Source: Octopus vulgaris
Lineage: Eukaryota
Direction: 5' to 3'
NCBI GenBank assembly: GCA_951406725.2
Contig: OX597828.1
Coordinates: 40,362,001-40,426,000, forward strand
Length of the DNA: 64,000 nucleotides
Positions 1 through 13,006 of the stretch are shown piece by piece (within the stretch, counting starts at the first letter, position 1; the number at the start of each line of letters is the position of its first letter). A program made the position numbers and the translations under genes. The notes beneath the pieces are model-generated. The model was not told where the DNA came from. It ran no database searches and saw only the letters and a program-made list of their open reading frames with translations.

Positions 1-548
1 AAATTAAAAGGAAGCAAATTAATTGATCTCCAGAACCAAACATTAGCTGAAATGCAGAACAGAGAGAGAATCGGCAAGTGTGGTTAAATAAGTTGAACTG
101 AGAAGCTTCTGGAAGCACCAAATCCTTTCTCACTGCAAGAAGGTAACATTTGTCTTTATCACTGGTCTCTTAAATTATTAGTATTGTGCAAAACATACTT
201 TCTTTATGGAGGCAGCAGCAAATGCCAAATAATCTCAAGCTTCTAGACATCCAGCCAAGTCACCAAGATGTTTTCACCATCTTAAGACATCATTGTCAAT
301 ACTTGTTTTGTTTTCCTCAATGCTCTCTCTCTCTTTCTCTCTCACCATCATCACCACCACCACCACCACCACTTTCTCCATCTCCCTCAAGGTCACACAT
401 TGTTGATACTTTAAACTTTTTCCTGTCTGGAACTATCTTTTGTATTTGACATACCAGCTATGACAGACAGCTGAACAATCAAACTGACCCAGAGCCAGGA
501 TTGACAAAAACAGCTGCTATTCCGCTTGTCACTCTCATTGAAAATATT

Positions 549-946
549 TTATAACAAAGGATAGCAACACAGAATAACAGTAGTAATTATATAAGCTGCT
601 GGTAGATATGGACTTGAAAGAGCTATATATAAAATTTGTGAGTTATTTAAAATAATAAAAATACAATTAATTATAGATATACATAGAATAATTATTACTG
701 GAGGATAAAACATTTTCTTTTTCAAGAAAACAGAACTGGTGATAGAAGTAGGGTAGACAAGTATAAAATGAGAGGAAACAAGGAATAAAATCATACTGGA
801 GAAACAAATAAATAATGCAGTTAAATATAATATGGAGTAGCAAAGAGGAATTGAGTAATAGACATATTCGTCGGGAGGCAAGTCTATGATTGGGTTATGA
901 TTCTTGCATTTAGGCACTTCTTTTGTTTTGCTAATGTTCTTGGAAA
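549..946 (-). CDS. Candidate alternative terminal exon with hydrophobic tail (unverified)
   Basis: Acceptor gtttgtacag at 947-948, phase-1 entry in frame with exon 11718, open to TAA at 549-551. Confidence 0.3.
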
Positions 947-994
947 CTGTACAAACATCACATAATATTGTTTCCCCTCCTTTCTATATCCAGA

Positions 995-1355
995 GCCCAG
1001 TCCTGGTTGTTTTGTGGCTTGTCCCCCTCAACAACCCTGAGAGCTATTCCAGCAGAGTGCAAGCTTCTGATAGGGCCTCCTAAGCAGGACAGAGGTCAGA
1101 CCAATATGGACTGCCTCTTCCCAGAAATAAAAATGGGTTTGTGAAAGGCCAGCACCCCAACCTAGACAAAAAAAAAAAAAGAAAAAAAGAAAAAGCCAAG
1201 CTACAAAAGCATCAAAGACAATTCAGAACCAATGAGATCTAGGAGAGAAGGGAACTTCTCTCAAGGAAGCTGCAAGTCCAACACCCCAGAGTTGAGAAGA
1301 GGAGAGAAAAGTTGTCAATGGCTTATGCTGCATAGGGAGCAAAAGGCTAACAGTT
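995..1355 (+). mobile_element. Decayed RTE-related non-autonomous retroelement
   Basis: GC-richer island; gggtttgtgaaaggccagcaccccaacc and ggcttatgctgcatagggagcaaaaggct resemble RTE-type 5' and 3' end motifs. Confidence 0.35.
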
Positions 1356-1499
1356 AAGGACCTTTATATCTATATAGCGATGCATTAAATATTCATAAAT
1401 TCCATCCAAGAATTACTGTTATTATTACTATATCCTACATTATATTGGTACAGCTCGGTGCAACCCCAAAAAACTGGTTCACCAGTCAGCATCATTGGA

Positions 1500-1765
1500 C
1501 TGTGGTCAGTATAACTGAATAGGAGCTTTATTTGCATATTCAAAACATTTCTCATGAACAAATTTAGAAAGAAGGGCTAGTTCGACGAGTCGTGTTCTGT
1601 CCTTACCTTCGAAACACGCATGGAGTCGAACTAGGGACAGCTGATGAAGGGGAATTTTCCTTGTATTGTTTGTTTTTTCGTTGTTAAAAAAGTCCATTTC
1701 CATGTTTGTTTTTACGTTTTCGTTTCTCGTTGAGTTCTACGTCTATTTGTGGTGTCCTGTACTCA
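1500..1765. mobile_element. Interspersed repeat fragment, possibly a Penelope-like terminus
   Basis: CpG-retaining patch with inverted CTAGTTCGAC/GTCGAACTAG (1577-1586, 1625-1634) and CTGATGAAGG, followed by microsatellite. Confidence 0.4.
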
Positions 1766-4166
1766 CATATATATATTTATATATGCATGTATATATACAT
1801 GTAGATGTAGGTACGTACATATATGTATGTATGCATATATTTTATTTATTAATTTTTATATATATATATATCAACAAGTTTCCCTGCTCACACAAGAAAT
1901 CAGTTTTCCAAAGATTTAGCAAAGGAAAGCAGAGATTACCATCATTGTTATTTTATCAAGTTTTTCTAGACTGGTATGGATTAGTTAAAGATTACTTGTG
2001 GCTTGATAGCTTTCCTGATACCGAGTCTTGTTTGACAAGTAATATACTTTATTCCACTTGTGTTCAAATGTTAAACTGTCAAGCTTAGGAGATATTATGG
2101 GGGACATAAGCAAACATCACAGCTACCCAAACAAAGTCAATTTGAAGACACAGTATAGACACACACACACACACACAAAGAAAGAAATATTACCATATAT
2201 GATTACCTCCAACTAGATAAAGTAAGCAAAAATATTTAATAAATTAATTAAAATGAAAGTTCTATGCATTATTTTCCTTACAATGTCTTAATTTCAAATT
2301 CAAAATTCTAATCCTGCCAAATATTATGAAAAAATAATGATCTCCCTTGTATTAACTACAATCACTGGTGGGGAACCCACACACACGTTTTCAAATAGCT
2401 TCTGATGACCAAACTTCTTCACAAATCCATTGGTCAGCCCAGAGCTATAAAGTAGAAAACACTTGCTCAAGATCCCACTGTGTGGACTCAAACTTCTTAA
2501 CCATATGACTACCTCTGCACCTTTTTGAAGACATTGCTATTTAAAGTAATTACTATTCTGTACAGATTAACATTTAATAATTTCTAACACAGATATGAAA
2601 ACTCAAGAATTTAAAAGAGAGATAAGTGAGAGAGAGGCATTGTGAAGTTATGAAGTTCATGTCCATTCCAAAAAATATTGAATTAATGAAGCAAAGCAGC
2701 TCCAAGCAGGGACCAAAACTAAGCCATAAATTCCAGTGCACCACACTGAGACATAACTGCACTGAAGTGCAGTTATGATTCCAGTGCATTGCACCAAGCT
2801 TTAACTGCATTGTAGTAGAAAAAGGAAACAGCAGCTGATGCAAATGTTACTCCCTGATTTCAAATATCATATTTTACTTTATATTTTGAATCATAATTCA
2901 AGTGACTTTAGTCCTCTACTCGGGACAATAAGGTGATCAGCATTCCAGCAGCACATGGTAAAGAAAACGGAAGTGGATTATGTAGTGGTGAATATGGTGG
3001 TGGGTGAGTAGGTGAATGTGTTAGCTAATCTACATGCAGTTACTTTGATAGTAATATGCATTTCAGGTAAGAAGGGAAAAAAAAATATACCAAATGGTTC
3101 TAAAGAAAAGCTAGGAATGTCTTGTACATCATCATCATTATCATTTAACCTCCATTTTCTATGCTGGCATGGGTTGGATGGTTTGGCTAGAGCTGGCAAG
3201 CTGGAAAGCTGCACAAGGTTCCAGTCATGTGTTTTGACTTGGTTTCGACAGCTGGAAACCTTTCCTAAATGCCAACCACTTTACAGAGCATACTGGGTGC
3301 TTTTACCATGGCACGAGAATGTTCCTTTGATATTTATTATGGTTTGACTTTGTGATATTTAATGTGGAGTGTGAGTGGTCCTGCCCATATCAATAGAGAT
3401 GATTTGGAGATCTCTGTACATGGAAACAGTGTGGGTGCTTTTCATGTGGCGCCAACACTGACAGGGTTAGATAAAAACCCCTTCGGCTATAAGAGCATTA
3501 ACTAAGGTACTTTAGGATATTAATTCTGCTGTAGTGGATGGGTTTACATTCATTTCCAATGCTAACAATTAGCTTGTTCTGGCATAAGCACAAGACTAAA
3601 AATTTGATTATGGTGAGGGCAAGGGAGGATTGATCAATGCCATAAACCCTAGTATTTGACTGGTACTTTATTTTATTGACTACAAAGAATGAAAGGCAAA
3701 ACTGAGTCAAGAGAGATTTGAACTCAGACTGTAAACAACTGGAACAATTACTGCAAAACGCTTTGGTCAGTCAATGCTAGAGTGATTCAACCAATCATCC
3801 ACCTTAATTGTTTCCAACAAGTATACAAGACCAGAAATCTGGGAGAAGGAAATAGTTGATTTTTTTACCAACCCTTGAAAGAGTGAAAGGCAAATTTAGC
3901 CTTCATGGAATTTGAACTCAAAACCTAAAAGTTTGTAACTAAATAATATAAAACAGTTTGCTCACTGCTCTCTAATGTTTCCGACAATCTCCTGCCTGAA
4001 TGAATTTTACATCTAACAGTAAGCTTTAAAAAAAAAACAATAATTTCTCATAGCTGAAAAATATTGTAACTCCACTAAAATGCTACATCAAACTCTCAAA
4101 AACTATGCTTAGTCCTACTAAGATGACATTAAGAGAATGAATGTATGAATGAATTAATGTGTGTGT

Positions 4167-4199
<33 letters not shown>

Positions 4200-5121
4200 C
4201 TGTGTGATAAAGTTCCAGCAAGTAAAATAACACTTGATCAGCAAAGAGAATAAAGATACTGTTATAATGAAAACCATGAGTCTTGTGAAATATATACTCA
4301 GGGTTTCTTGGTTGAAATTTTATTTTACCATTTATCAAGGTGATAAAAACAACACCGTTTGTCAGCTGCTTTAAAAATATGTACTTCACAAGACATATGG
4401 TTTTCATTAAAACATTATATATATATAAATGCATGGAAAAGAAGAATGTTGCTGTTTGAAGCATTGTGAAATAAGAAAATAGAGTTTGATGGAAAGCTTC
4501 TTACAAAGTGATGGAATGTATATTTTAATTATTTATATTTTAGATGAGATTCTCATAGACAGAGTAAAACAGTTAAAGAAATACCAGTAGCTATCATTCA
4601 TTGAATGATGAACCTACACACATACAAACATATACTGCTCCTCGATGAGATACCAATGTAACAAATATATTATTCCCAGAAAATGAGGGGACCGGACCGA
4701 TTTTTGGCACATGAAAGGAATTAAGAAAAGTTCTTCTCCACTGAAGTAGTGACTTACAACCTAGAATGGATTTGAATCTGTTATTTATGAGTCAGTAGTT
4801 GAATGACCGATCCATGTGGCCATGTCACCTCTACAAACTAAATAGTGCAAATGGACAAGGAAGCACGAATCTACAGGTTGCGCAACATGTTGGAAATAAT
4901 TGTCAAATTTCCCTCAAATCGCACTCTACATTTTAGTGAAGCTGGGAATGCTTTCAGTCATAGTCTGTTCAATCGAGTCTAACCTGGGCTAATCGACAAC
5001 AACCTTTAAATGAAGATAGTTCTGAGATGAGGCAGTAGAAACACTCAGAAACAAACACAAATGTATTGGTATTGTAGAGATGTAATGCAATCAAACGTAA
5101 AACATGACACCAACTATCAAG

Positions 5122-5159
<38 letters not shown>

Positions 5160-5959
5160 ACTAAAAGGTAGATAACTCATTGTAATGAAGCCAACATGAG
5201 GAACCCGAAAATTGTTACTCGATTTGCTAAAAATAGCAGCTAAATCTTCCTTAACTTGCACTCCACCATCTTAAAAAAAGGGATAGAAACACTGGACAGT
5301 GTAGTCTTCTATATCAAAGAACAGGATGGTCACAACTGGAATATCTTTAACCATAGGTCTTCTTACACAAGGTTGACCTGGGGGTTTGGGGTGGATTAAA
5401 CAACGACAGCTGTCATAATAGAAAAGAATGTAAAGTCACCTAGCTCAACTAGAGGAGGAATATTCAGGGGAGAGAACTGTGCCGTTACAGTATAGCTAAA
5501 TCTTGTTTGTGGTGGTAGAACATTCTGGATAACTGACAGAGGACAACTAACTATGAACAGAGAAAAAAAGTGACCTTAGACGAGATCTAAATGAAAGAAT
5601 AGTCCGTATTATAAGGGGGTTGTTTCATTTAACTAAACTATTTCAAGGCAGGATCCCAACATGGCCGCAAACCAAAACAAGTAGAAGAAAAAATAAAGAG
5701 AAGAGTCTTTCTGCGGAATAAAACAAATTAGCACATCCCACATTCCCACTGACATTGCATACATTTAAACCTATCATACATGAGTACAAACTGACATTGA
5801 ATATAACATAACCCCTACTTTTTGCACCCCCAAATCAATAATTTATCTTATCCCCTTATCCCTTTTTTTTTTAATTCAAGAACTCTGCTACCTACCCATG
5901 TTGAAACTGGTGTTTGCTATTGAATCTCTCTACACACGTAAATACAGTAAAGTTCTTAA

Positions 5960-6156
5960 TTAAGCAGAATGTTTAGAGTACTGAAGACTTATTCTGTGAC
6001 AGTTTAGGGATAAAGAAGCGTCAGAAGAAAGCAGTTTTAGAGAAAGGAAGACTAGTATGTGGCTTTTAAAGAATGCTGATGGAAGTATAGCATGTGTAAG
6101 AAGAGAGGGTGGTGCTGTATGAAGTTTGTATAGAATTGGGAATGAATCTGACAAAT
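5960..6156 (-). CDS. Candidate alternative terminal exon (unverified)
   Basis: Acceptor tttctgctttcctag at 6157-6158, phase-1 entry in frame with exon 11718, 65 codons to TAA. Confidence 0.25.
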
Positions 6157-7493
6157 CTAGGAAAGCAGAAACTATAATAAATGATCTTATACATAGGCTT
6201 GAAGCCTGAGATTAATAATGGTAGGAAAATGAGAATTTGTGGCATCCAGGTAGTATACTAGGGGGTGTTAACAATCGAAGTGAAACAGACACAGTTGGAA
6301 ATCAAATCAACTTCAACACTGAATAAATTTGCTGGGAGCTTATAATTGCATCACAACATCTAATACAGTTATTTTAATTACAACAGAAGAGATCAAGAGT
6401 GAAAATAGAATGTTTAAAAAACAAAAAAAGTGTCACAAGTTGTTGACGAGAGAAGATTTACTAAGCAAGTAATTTCTTTTCTCTGAAAGCAATTCAGATT
6501 GCAGGAGAATAAAGCAAGTGAGGCTACAAACTTGAAATATTGGAGAACTTCAGAAATTTAATCTGAATTTCCAATTGAAACAAAACCAGTTATAGAGAAC
6601 TATTCTGACTGCTGTTTCTCATTTCACATTTCTTTTTAAAGGATTATCAATAATTCAGAAGGATAAGCTCTATACAACAACCTTTAAATACCTTGGTAAG
6701 TTTATAAAGAAATAGCAAAAAGAAGAAGGATCAAAGAGAAAGTAAACTCTAGCATTGGGATCTACTTTCAGAGAAAAAGCTGTGTTTAAGTAAAACAACC
6801 ACGTTTTTTTTCTTCTTAATATGCTAATTTGAATTTTTATGATGAACAGAAATTAATCTATTAAATACCACATGATCTAAAATTATTAATAATTTACACA
6901 TTCATTAACACAAAACTCTATGTAACACCTATTGCCAAATTGTTATATTCCAAATGTTTGTTATACCAAATAAGGAAAAGAGATAGTGATACTTTTATAA
7001 AAAAAATTCTTTGGAATCTTTATTATTAAACAAAAAATTAATTGAAACAACTACACAATTTATTCCTGCAATAAATGGCCAATATAAAAGATTAAAATCA
7101 TTGGCAATTTAACATTTGCAAGAAAACTGTCCAGTAAAGGGTGAAGTAAATTTCATTTGAAAATAAGCAAAAATATAATGTATATGTAGAAGTCTGCAAT
7201 ATATGCTCTTAATATGTAATAGTTAATGTGGAATGGTTAAACCAAGTGAGCTGAAAAGCAAAATCCTTTATTTGTCTTTAACATTTCAACAATAAACATC
7301 AAATATTTAAGGGGGAAAATGAAAAAAAAACAAACTGATTGTAAGAAAGTTGTGGGATTTTCAAGATGATATGAACAATTAGATGTAAGACTACATACAC
7401 ACATTTTAAAATTTTAACTTTTCAGTTTTTCAGATCTTAGCTTAGTTTATGGGCATAGAGAGATTACCATTTTCTTTTTAGAACCAAAAGGTA

Positions 7494-7913
7494 GGCCCGG
7501 GTGTGGCTGGCTATGTGGTAAAAAGTTTACTTACCAGCCACATGGTTCCAGGTTCAGTTCTACCATGTGGCACTGCTACTATTAGCCTGGGTTGTTGTGA
7601 ATTTGCTAGAGAGAAACTGAAAGAAACCTATTGTGTGTGCATGTAAGCATATGTATGTAAATGTGTGTGTTTGTGTTTTCCTGTCTTGACATCGCATGTG
7701 GCAGTAAATGAGTGTCACTGTCATATAAGCAGTGTCATTCATTACCTTTTTATCACTGTGATAAAAAGCCTAATCTGAGGGTAATATTACCTCGTAGGGA
7801 AACAGGTGAGGATTTACAACAATAAGGGCATCCGGTTGTGAAAAATCAGCCTCAATAAACTTGGTCTGATCCATGCAAGCATGGAAAAACAAACATCTGA
7901 ATGAAATGATGAT
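7494..7913 (+). mobile_element. tRNA-derived SINE, family A (decayed)
   Basis: Head gtgtggctggctatgtggtaa...ggttccaggttcagt, ggaaactgaaagaa core, (TG)n, tail ending gatgat. Confidence 0.75.
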
Positions 7914-8324
7914 TAGGAACTGAGGTCCTTGTTACATCACATTTAACATAAACCAATTTTTCATTATATTTTTAACTCTTTAAGCCCCAACCATAACGGC
8001 ATCTTGTAAGTTTTAGATCTTGAGTGGTTGAAGGAAGAAGGAAATGAATTATACAATATATCTGACGAAGCTAAACATACTCAACCTCAAAACCTGCACT
8101 TATTGATAAATAGGCCACCTTAGGCCTTCTAAATGGACTATGGTCTTATATTTTCTACTTTGGTTAGTGATTACAGCACATACATCACACTAAACTTCCC
8201 AGTTCTTTGACTTTTAATCAGAGGTAATCAGAAGTAATGAATTCTATCACATGAATTTTGTTTTTGAAATTATATCTTCTTGTTGTTGCTATTATCATCA
8301 TCATTATTGTTGTCGTTATTATTA

Positions 8325-8545
8325 AGGCAGTGAGTTGGCACAATCGTCAGCATGCCGGACAGAATGCTTTGTGGCATTTCATCCGTCTTTATGTTCTGAG
8401 TTCAAATCCTGCCAAGGTCAACTTTACCTTTCATCCTTTTGGGGTCGATAAATTAAGTACCAGTGAAACACTGGGGTTGATCTAATTGACTAGCCCCCTC
8501 CCACAAAATTTCAGGCCTTGTGCCTCTAGTAGAAAGGATTATTAC
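8325..8545 (+). mobile_element. SINE family B (head ggcagtgagttggca, (ATT)n tail)
   Basis: B-box-like gagttcaaatcc, core tttcatccttttggggtcgataaattaagtaccag; more than ten copies in the window. Confidence 0.8.
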
Positions 8546-9154
8546 TATTATCATCATCATCATTATTGTTATTATTATTATTATTGTATTTATTATTACA
8601 CTATGTTTATTATATCCATATATTTATTATTATTTATATTATAATTGTTATATTTATTATTAAATTATTATAGCTACTAGTATTATAATTATTATATTTA
8701 TTATTAAATTATTACTACAACTACTATTATTATTATTATTATTATTATTGGCATTAGGAAGGGCATCCAACCATAGAAACCATGCTAAAGCAGGACACAG
8801 GAACACAATGCAGTCCTTGGACACATCAGATCTTGTCAAACTGTCCAACCCATGGCAGCATGAAATATGGACATTAAATGATGATTATGGTCATCATGGT
8901 AATTCATTTAACATCCACTTTCCATTGCTTGCATAGCTCAGGTGGATTTTGCTGAAGCAGATTTTCTACAGTCAGATGCTCTTCCTGTGGCCAACCCTCA
9001 CCTGTTTCAAAGCAAGGTGATATTTCCTGTAGCCAGAGACGTTTTCCACAGAAGACTAGAAACAAACAACATCATTTGTTAGATGGTGATGCTCTTTTTC
9101 TATCATAGCATGATATCATGACAATGGTAACTCACACACACACACACACGTATA

Positions 9155-9503
9155 TTCTTTTACTTGTTTCAGTCATTTAACTGCAGCCACGATGGAACAC
9201 TGCCTTTAGTTGAATAACTTGACCCCAGGACTAATTCTTTGTAAGCGTAGTACTTATTCTATCAGTCACTTTGCCGCACCACTAAGTTACGGGAATGTAA
9301 ACACACCCATCAAGCAATGGTGGGGTGAGACAAACACAGACACACAAACATATACATATCTATCTACCAAATCCACTCACAAGGCTTTGGTCAGCCTGAG
9401 GCTATAGTAGAAGACACTTGCCCAAGGTGCCCGGCAGTGGGACTGAACCCGGAACCATGTGGTTGGGAAGCAAGCTTTTTACCACACAGCCATGCCTGTG
9501 CCT
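9155..9503 (-). mobile_element. SINE family A, near full length
   Basis: Reverse complement of the 30895-31276 copy, including head, core and gactgaaacaagtaaaaga tail. Confidence 0.85.
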
Positions 9504-9694
9504 ATATATATTTATGGGTTAAGGCTACCATTGGTTTCATGTGATCCCTTAAAGATTATCAAACCTCCCACATGGAACATCGGTGCTTGTTTCCATCTTG
9601 TTTTAATCCAAGGTGGAGATGAACATCCATAAATAAAGAATGTTTATCCACCAATGCAGTGTTGAGCACTCACTCTCATTGTTAGAAAGAGAAG

Positions 9695-9914
9695 ACTGAA
9701 AAAATATGGTATATCTTTAATTCCATGGTACATGTGTTTCATCACAAGATAGGAGTTACAAAGGTATTTATGAAGAAAAAACATATATAGAATTTCCTAT
9801 CCATAATTCTTCAGACAAAATTTATGCATTTTTCAACATGCAGGTCTTTGTAACTCCTATCTTAGAATGAAATATGTGTAACTGGAATTAAAAAATATAC
9901 CAAATTTTTCCAGT
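9695..9914. repeat. Foldback element with about 70-bp imperfect inverted arms
   Basis: AAGATAGGAGTTACAAAG pairs with CTTTGTAACTCCTATCTT; pairing extends outward to ACTG/CAGT. Confidence 0.8.
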
Positions 9915-10084
9915 ATTCTGTTTTGATAAGCAATTACTCTACAAACTGAATTCACCAAAAATTTCAACTGCCATATACATCACATTTACAATAACATCTG
10001 TATACATACAATGGCTTAATGTGAACAACTAGATGTGTTTGAAACAGGCACAGCTTGGATTATAACTACTTATGTTCAACACAC

Positions 10085-10119
<35 letters not shown>

Positions 10120-11258
10120 CACACACACATGCATGTATACAATAAGCCTCCCTCATTTTTTGTCAACCAAATCCACCCAAGGCTTTATTCAGCTCAGGGC
10201 CATAGTGGAAGATGCTTGCTAAAGGTACTTCATAGTGGGATTGAACCTGAGACCATGCAGTTGGGAAGGAAGCTTCTTGATCACATAGTCACAACTGCAC
10301 CTGTTATCATTATTATTATTTATATTATGCATGTTGTGAACAATAGCATTTTTGGTTATAATTTTCACGGGTTCACCACATTTCGAAAGGTGATGGCGAC
10401 AAAGGAAGATCTATAATTCAGCCGGTAGACTAAACACCTTATAGTTGAACACTACCAGAGTGAACATTGTCCTCCATATTTTGGTGAGTCAAATAAAATA
10501 TATACCAACCAAGTATTGGGATAAATTTAATCATAGCTTTGAAGTAAACTCTTTAACCACACAAACATGGGAAACACTGAACAATTTCATTTTAAACTTC
10601 ATACATTTGTCATTTGAAAAATGTTAGATATGTCCCTAAAAAACACAGCCCAGCATTTTCAGTTGACCATCTTTTCCAATCTGAAAATAGAAACCCTTTG
10701 GTCCTTTCTGATTATGGTACAATTTCTCAAATTAAATTTTTTTGCATTCAATTATTTTTTCCTTCAATCTTTGAAAATAAATATTTTCTAATCTCATTTT
10801 AGAAGAGAAAAAGGAAATTCCATGTGACATGGGGTTTAAGCAGTTAACACAACCTGGAATTTATAAGTAGTACTTGTAGTATTTTAAAAGAATCTGGTAG
10901 AAGTAAAAAAAAAAAAAAACATATTCAAAAGGAAAATAAAGTCAAACAACTGAATCACAACAGCAAAAACTGTCATTCAATTTAGAGTATCATTCTAATA
11001 AGTACTCTGATTTCTTTACCTAAAGAGTACAGAACTACTTAGATGGGTGATGTCTCTGTATGCCAAGGAACCTCCCAAAACAAGACACCAATATCCAAGC
11101 ATTATCTAAGCCCAATTAGATTACCTATGAAGAAAACCAAACGATACCAATGTAAGTGATTCCCACAAGCAATGAATCCACAAACATTTTCCATTTTATA
11201 AGAATGACAAGACTAAGATGTAAACTTTAATGGGCGCTGTGACCTCTATGTCTGCCAT

Positions 11259-11488
11259 TTAACTGTATTGATACCAACTTGTCTAAGACTGATCCTGTTC
11301 TATAATAGAAACTTCATGTTTAAAGTGATCTAAATTAAAACTTCCCACCAAAACTTTGATGCTAATTTGTATTCCAAGTATCAGTTTAATAATAGCAAAG
11401 TTATTTTTCCTAAATTCCTCATTATTTTCAAAATTAATCAAAACAAAAGTAGTGTATTTTAACAGAAATATGGTAACGAATGGGTTAA
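11259..11488. mobile_element. Decayed piggyBac-type MITE (relative of 59202-59422)
   Basis: TTAA at both ends, right end gtaacgaatgggttaa, internal similarity to the 59202 copy. Confidence 0.65.
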
Positions 11489-11717
11489 TGAGTCATGTCA
11501 CCTGTGTGTCTACAGCTGAAAGCCCCAGTTTAAAAAGTGTTGGGATTTCTATACCCAGTATTCAAAGGCACCATTTCATAAAGATTGTAAAGTTGCTATA
11601 GAAAAAGAAGTCTTCATAAAATTCTACAAGTCAAAACAATTCTGGAAAGGTAAAAATTTTTATCTGCTTTAGACAAAAAAACATGGAAACCCTTAAGAAA
11701 AAATTAAAAACCCTTAC

Positions 11718-11895
11718 CAAGACCTTCGCCCCGCAAAGCTTTTTCAACAATAACGCCTCTGTCTTCCAATTCTTTCTGTTGCACATCTACTTCTTCTAAC
11801 CGCCGTTGTATTTCCTGAGCCCTGCGCAGTCTTTGTTGTTGCTGGCGTTTCTGTTGTTTCCGAGCAGCTTGCTGGATCTTTTTCGGATCGCTCAA
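11718..11895 (-). CDS. MICAL3: MICAL-family gene, exon encoding the first helices of the bMERB/DUF3585 Rab-binding domain
   Basis: Reads LSDPKKIQQAARKQQKRQQQQRLRRAQEIQRRLEEVDVQQKELEDRGVIVEKALRGEGL, matching the MICAL RLxRAQxIQRxLEEVExxQxELExRGVxVEKALRGE signature. Acceptor tacctttccag, donor G|gtaagg; phase 0 in, phase 1 out. Exact orthology (MICAL3 versus single invertebrate Mical) is inferred. Confidence 0.9.
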
Positions 11896-12066
11896 CTGGA
11901 AAGGTAGATTTTAATTTTTTTTTACTTTATAATTATTTTACACAAGTTTATTGGAAGAAAGTAAACCTTAGCTGACAAAGGCAGCAAAAAGACAAAAAAA
12001 CAACAACAACAACAACAATCCATGAGAAAAACAGAATTCAACAAAGAAAGTAGGTTTTGTCCTTAC

Positions 12067-12131
12067 TTTTGATCTTCTTGATACAGATGTATCAGTTGAT
12101 AAAAAGCTTTCTCCAGAATCCGAGAACTCGT
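12067..12131 (-). CDS. MICAL3: MICAL exon, 65 nt (DEFSDSGESFLSTDTSVSRRSK)
   Basis: Acceptor aacttttcag, donor AAA|gtaagg. Phase 1 in, phase 0 out, exactly joining the giant exon to the bMERB exon. Confidence 0.88.
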
Positions 12132-12551
12132 CTGAAAAGTTTTCATAAAATAAAGACAAAAATAAAGAATGAATTATCTGAGAAATGCTTAATGTCAGTT
12201 AGGTATTGACCAATTTCCAATATAAACACAATCTCAAAACTATATTCTTAGCTGCAAGACATTGGAAAACTTTGGAGCAATATTATCAGTCAAGAGAAAA
12301 TTCACTTCTTTGATGCATACGTGTGTCATGTCTATATTTTTATGTTTGTGTGTGTGTAGCATGTACAAATCTATTGAAGGAGGAGGGGTAGCGGTGGTGT
12401 AAGAGATACTGTCTGTATGAGCATTTAATCTGTAGATGTGTGTATGTGTGCATGAGTAAACAGTTAAAGTTGTGTGAATAGTAATGAGGCTTTGACTACT
12501 GTGTTTTTTTTTTTAAATTAGAAATATATCAGTAGCATTGCTATCTAGCAA

Positions 12552-13006
12552 CATTGGTGGTGGAATTGCTAAATATGTATTTCTGTTTCTTTCAGCATTA
12601 TCAATAGCTAGCATCCATTAGCAACTGCATGCTAAAACAAATTTAGCCCCCACTACAATTCCACTACTAGCTGGACAATTTTTGTTCATTACTGGTACAT
12701 TTGTGTGTTTTTGAACACTCTACATCTAAACAAGATGTTTTATTAAGACAAATACTGTTTTTCCAGGTTTTCTACAGTATATCTGCATTAAGTATGATAT
12801 ACAGAATGCTATTTTAATCTAATACAGCTTTCATTGCAAGTAACAAATTTTTATCTGGCCTGCTAGCTATTTGCAACGCTTTTGTTAATCACTGATTTTC
12901 TGTATCAGTGGGGGCTAAATTTGTCTAAGCATGCTGTTGGTAGTGGGCTTGCTGCTGCTCATGTTCAAAGAAGCAGAAATACATATATAGCAATTCCATC
13001 ACCATG
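12552..13006. repeat. Long imperfect inverted repeat (MITE-like)
   Basis: TGGTGGTGGAATTGCTAAATATGTATTTCTG...AAATTTAGCCCCCACT (12552-12653) pairs with AGTGGGGGCTAAATTT...CAGAAATACATATATAGCAATTCCATCACCATG (12908-13006). Confidence 0.85.

Noticed and set aside
1506-1703. 65-aa ORF containing FVHEK as the missing bMERB continuation
   Set aside because: Lacks the WFxLVxEKNxLxR pattern and lies inside a repeat-like structured element.
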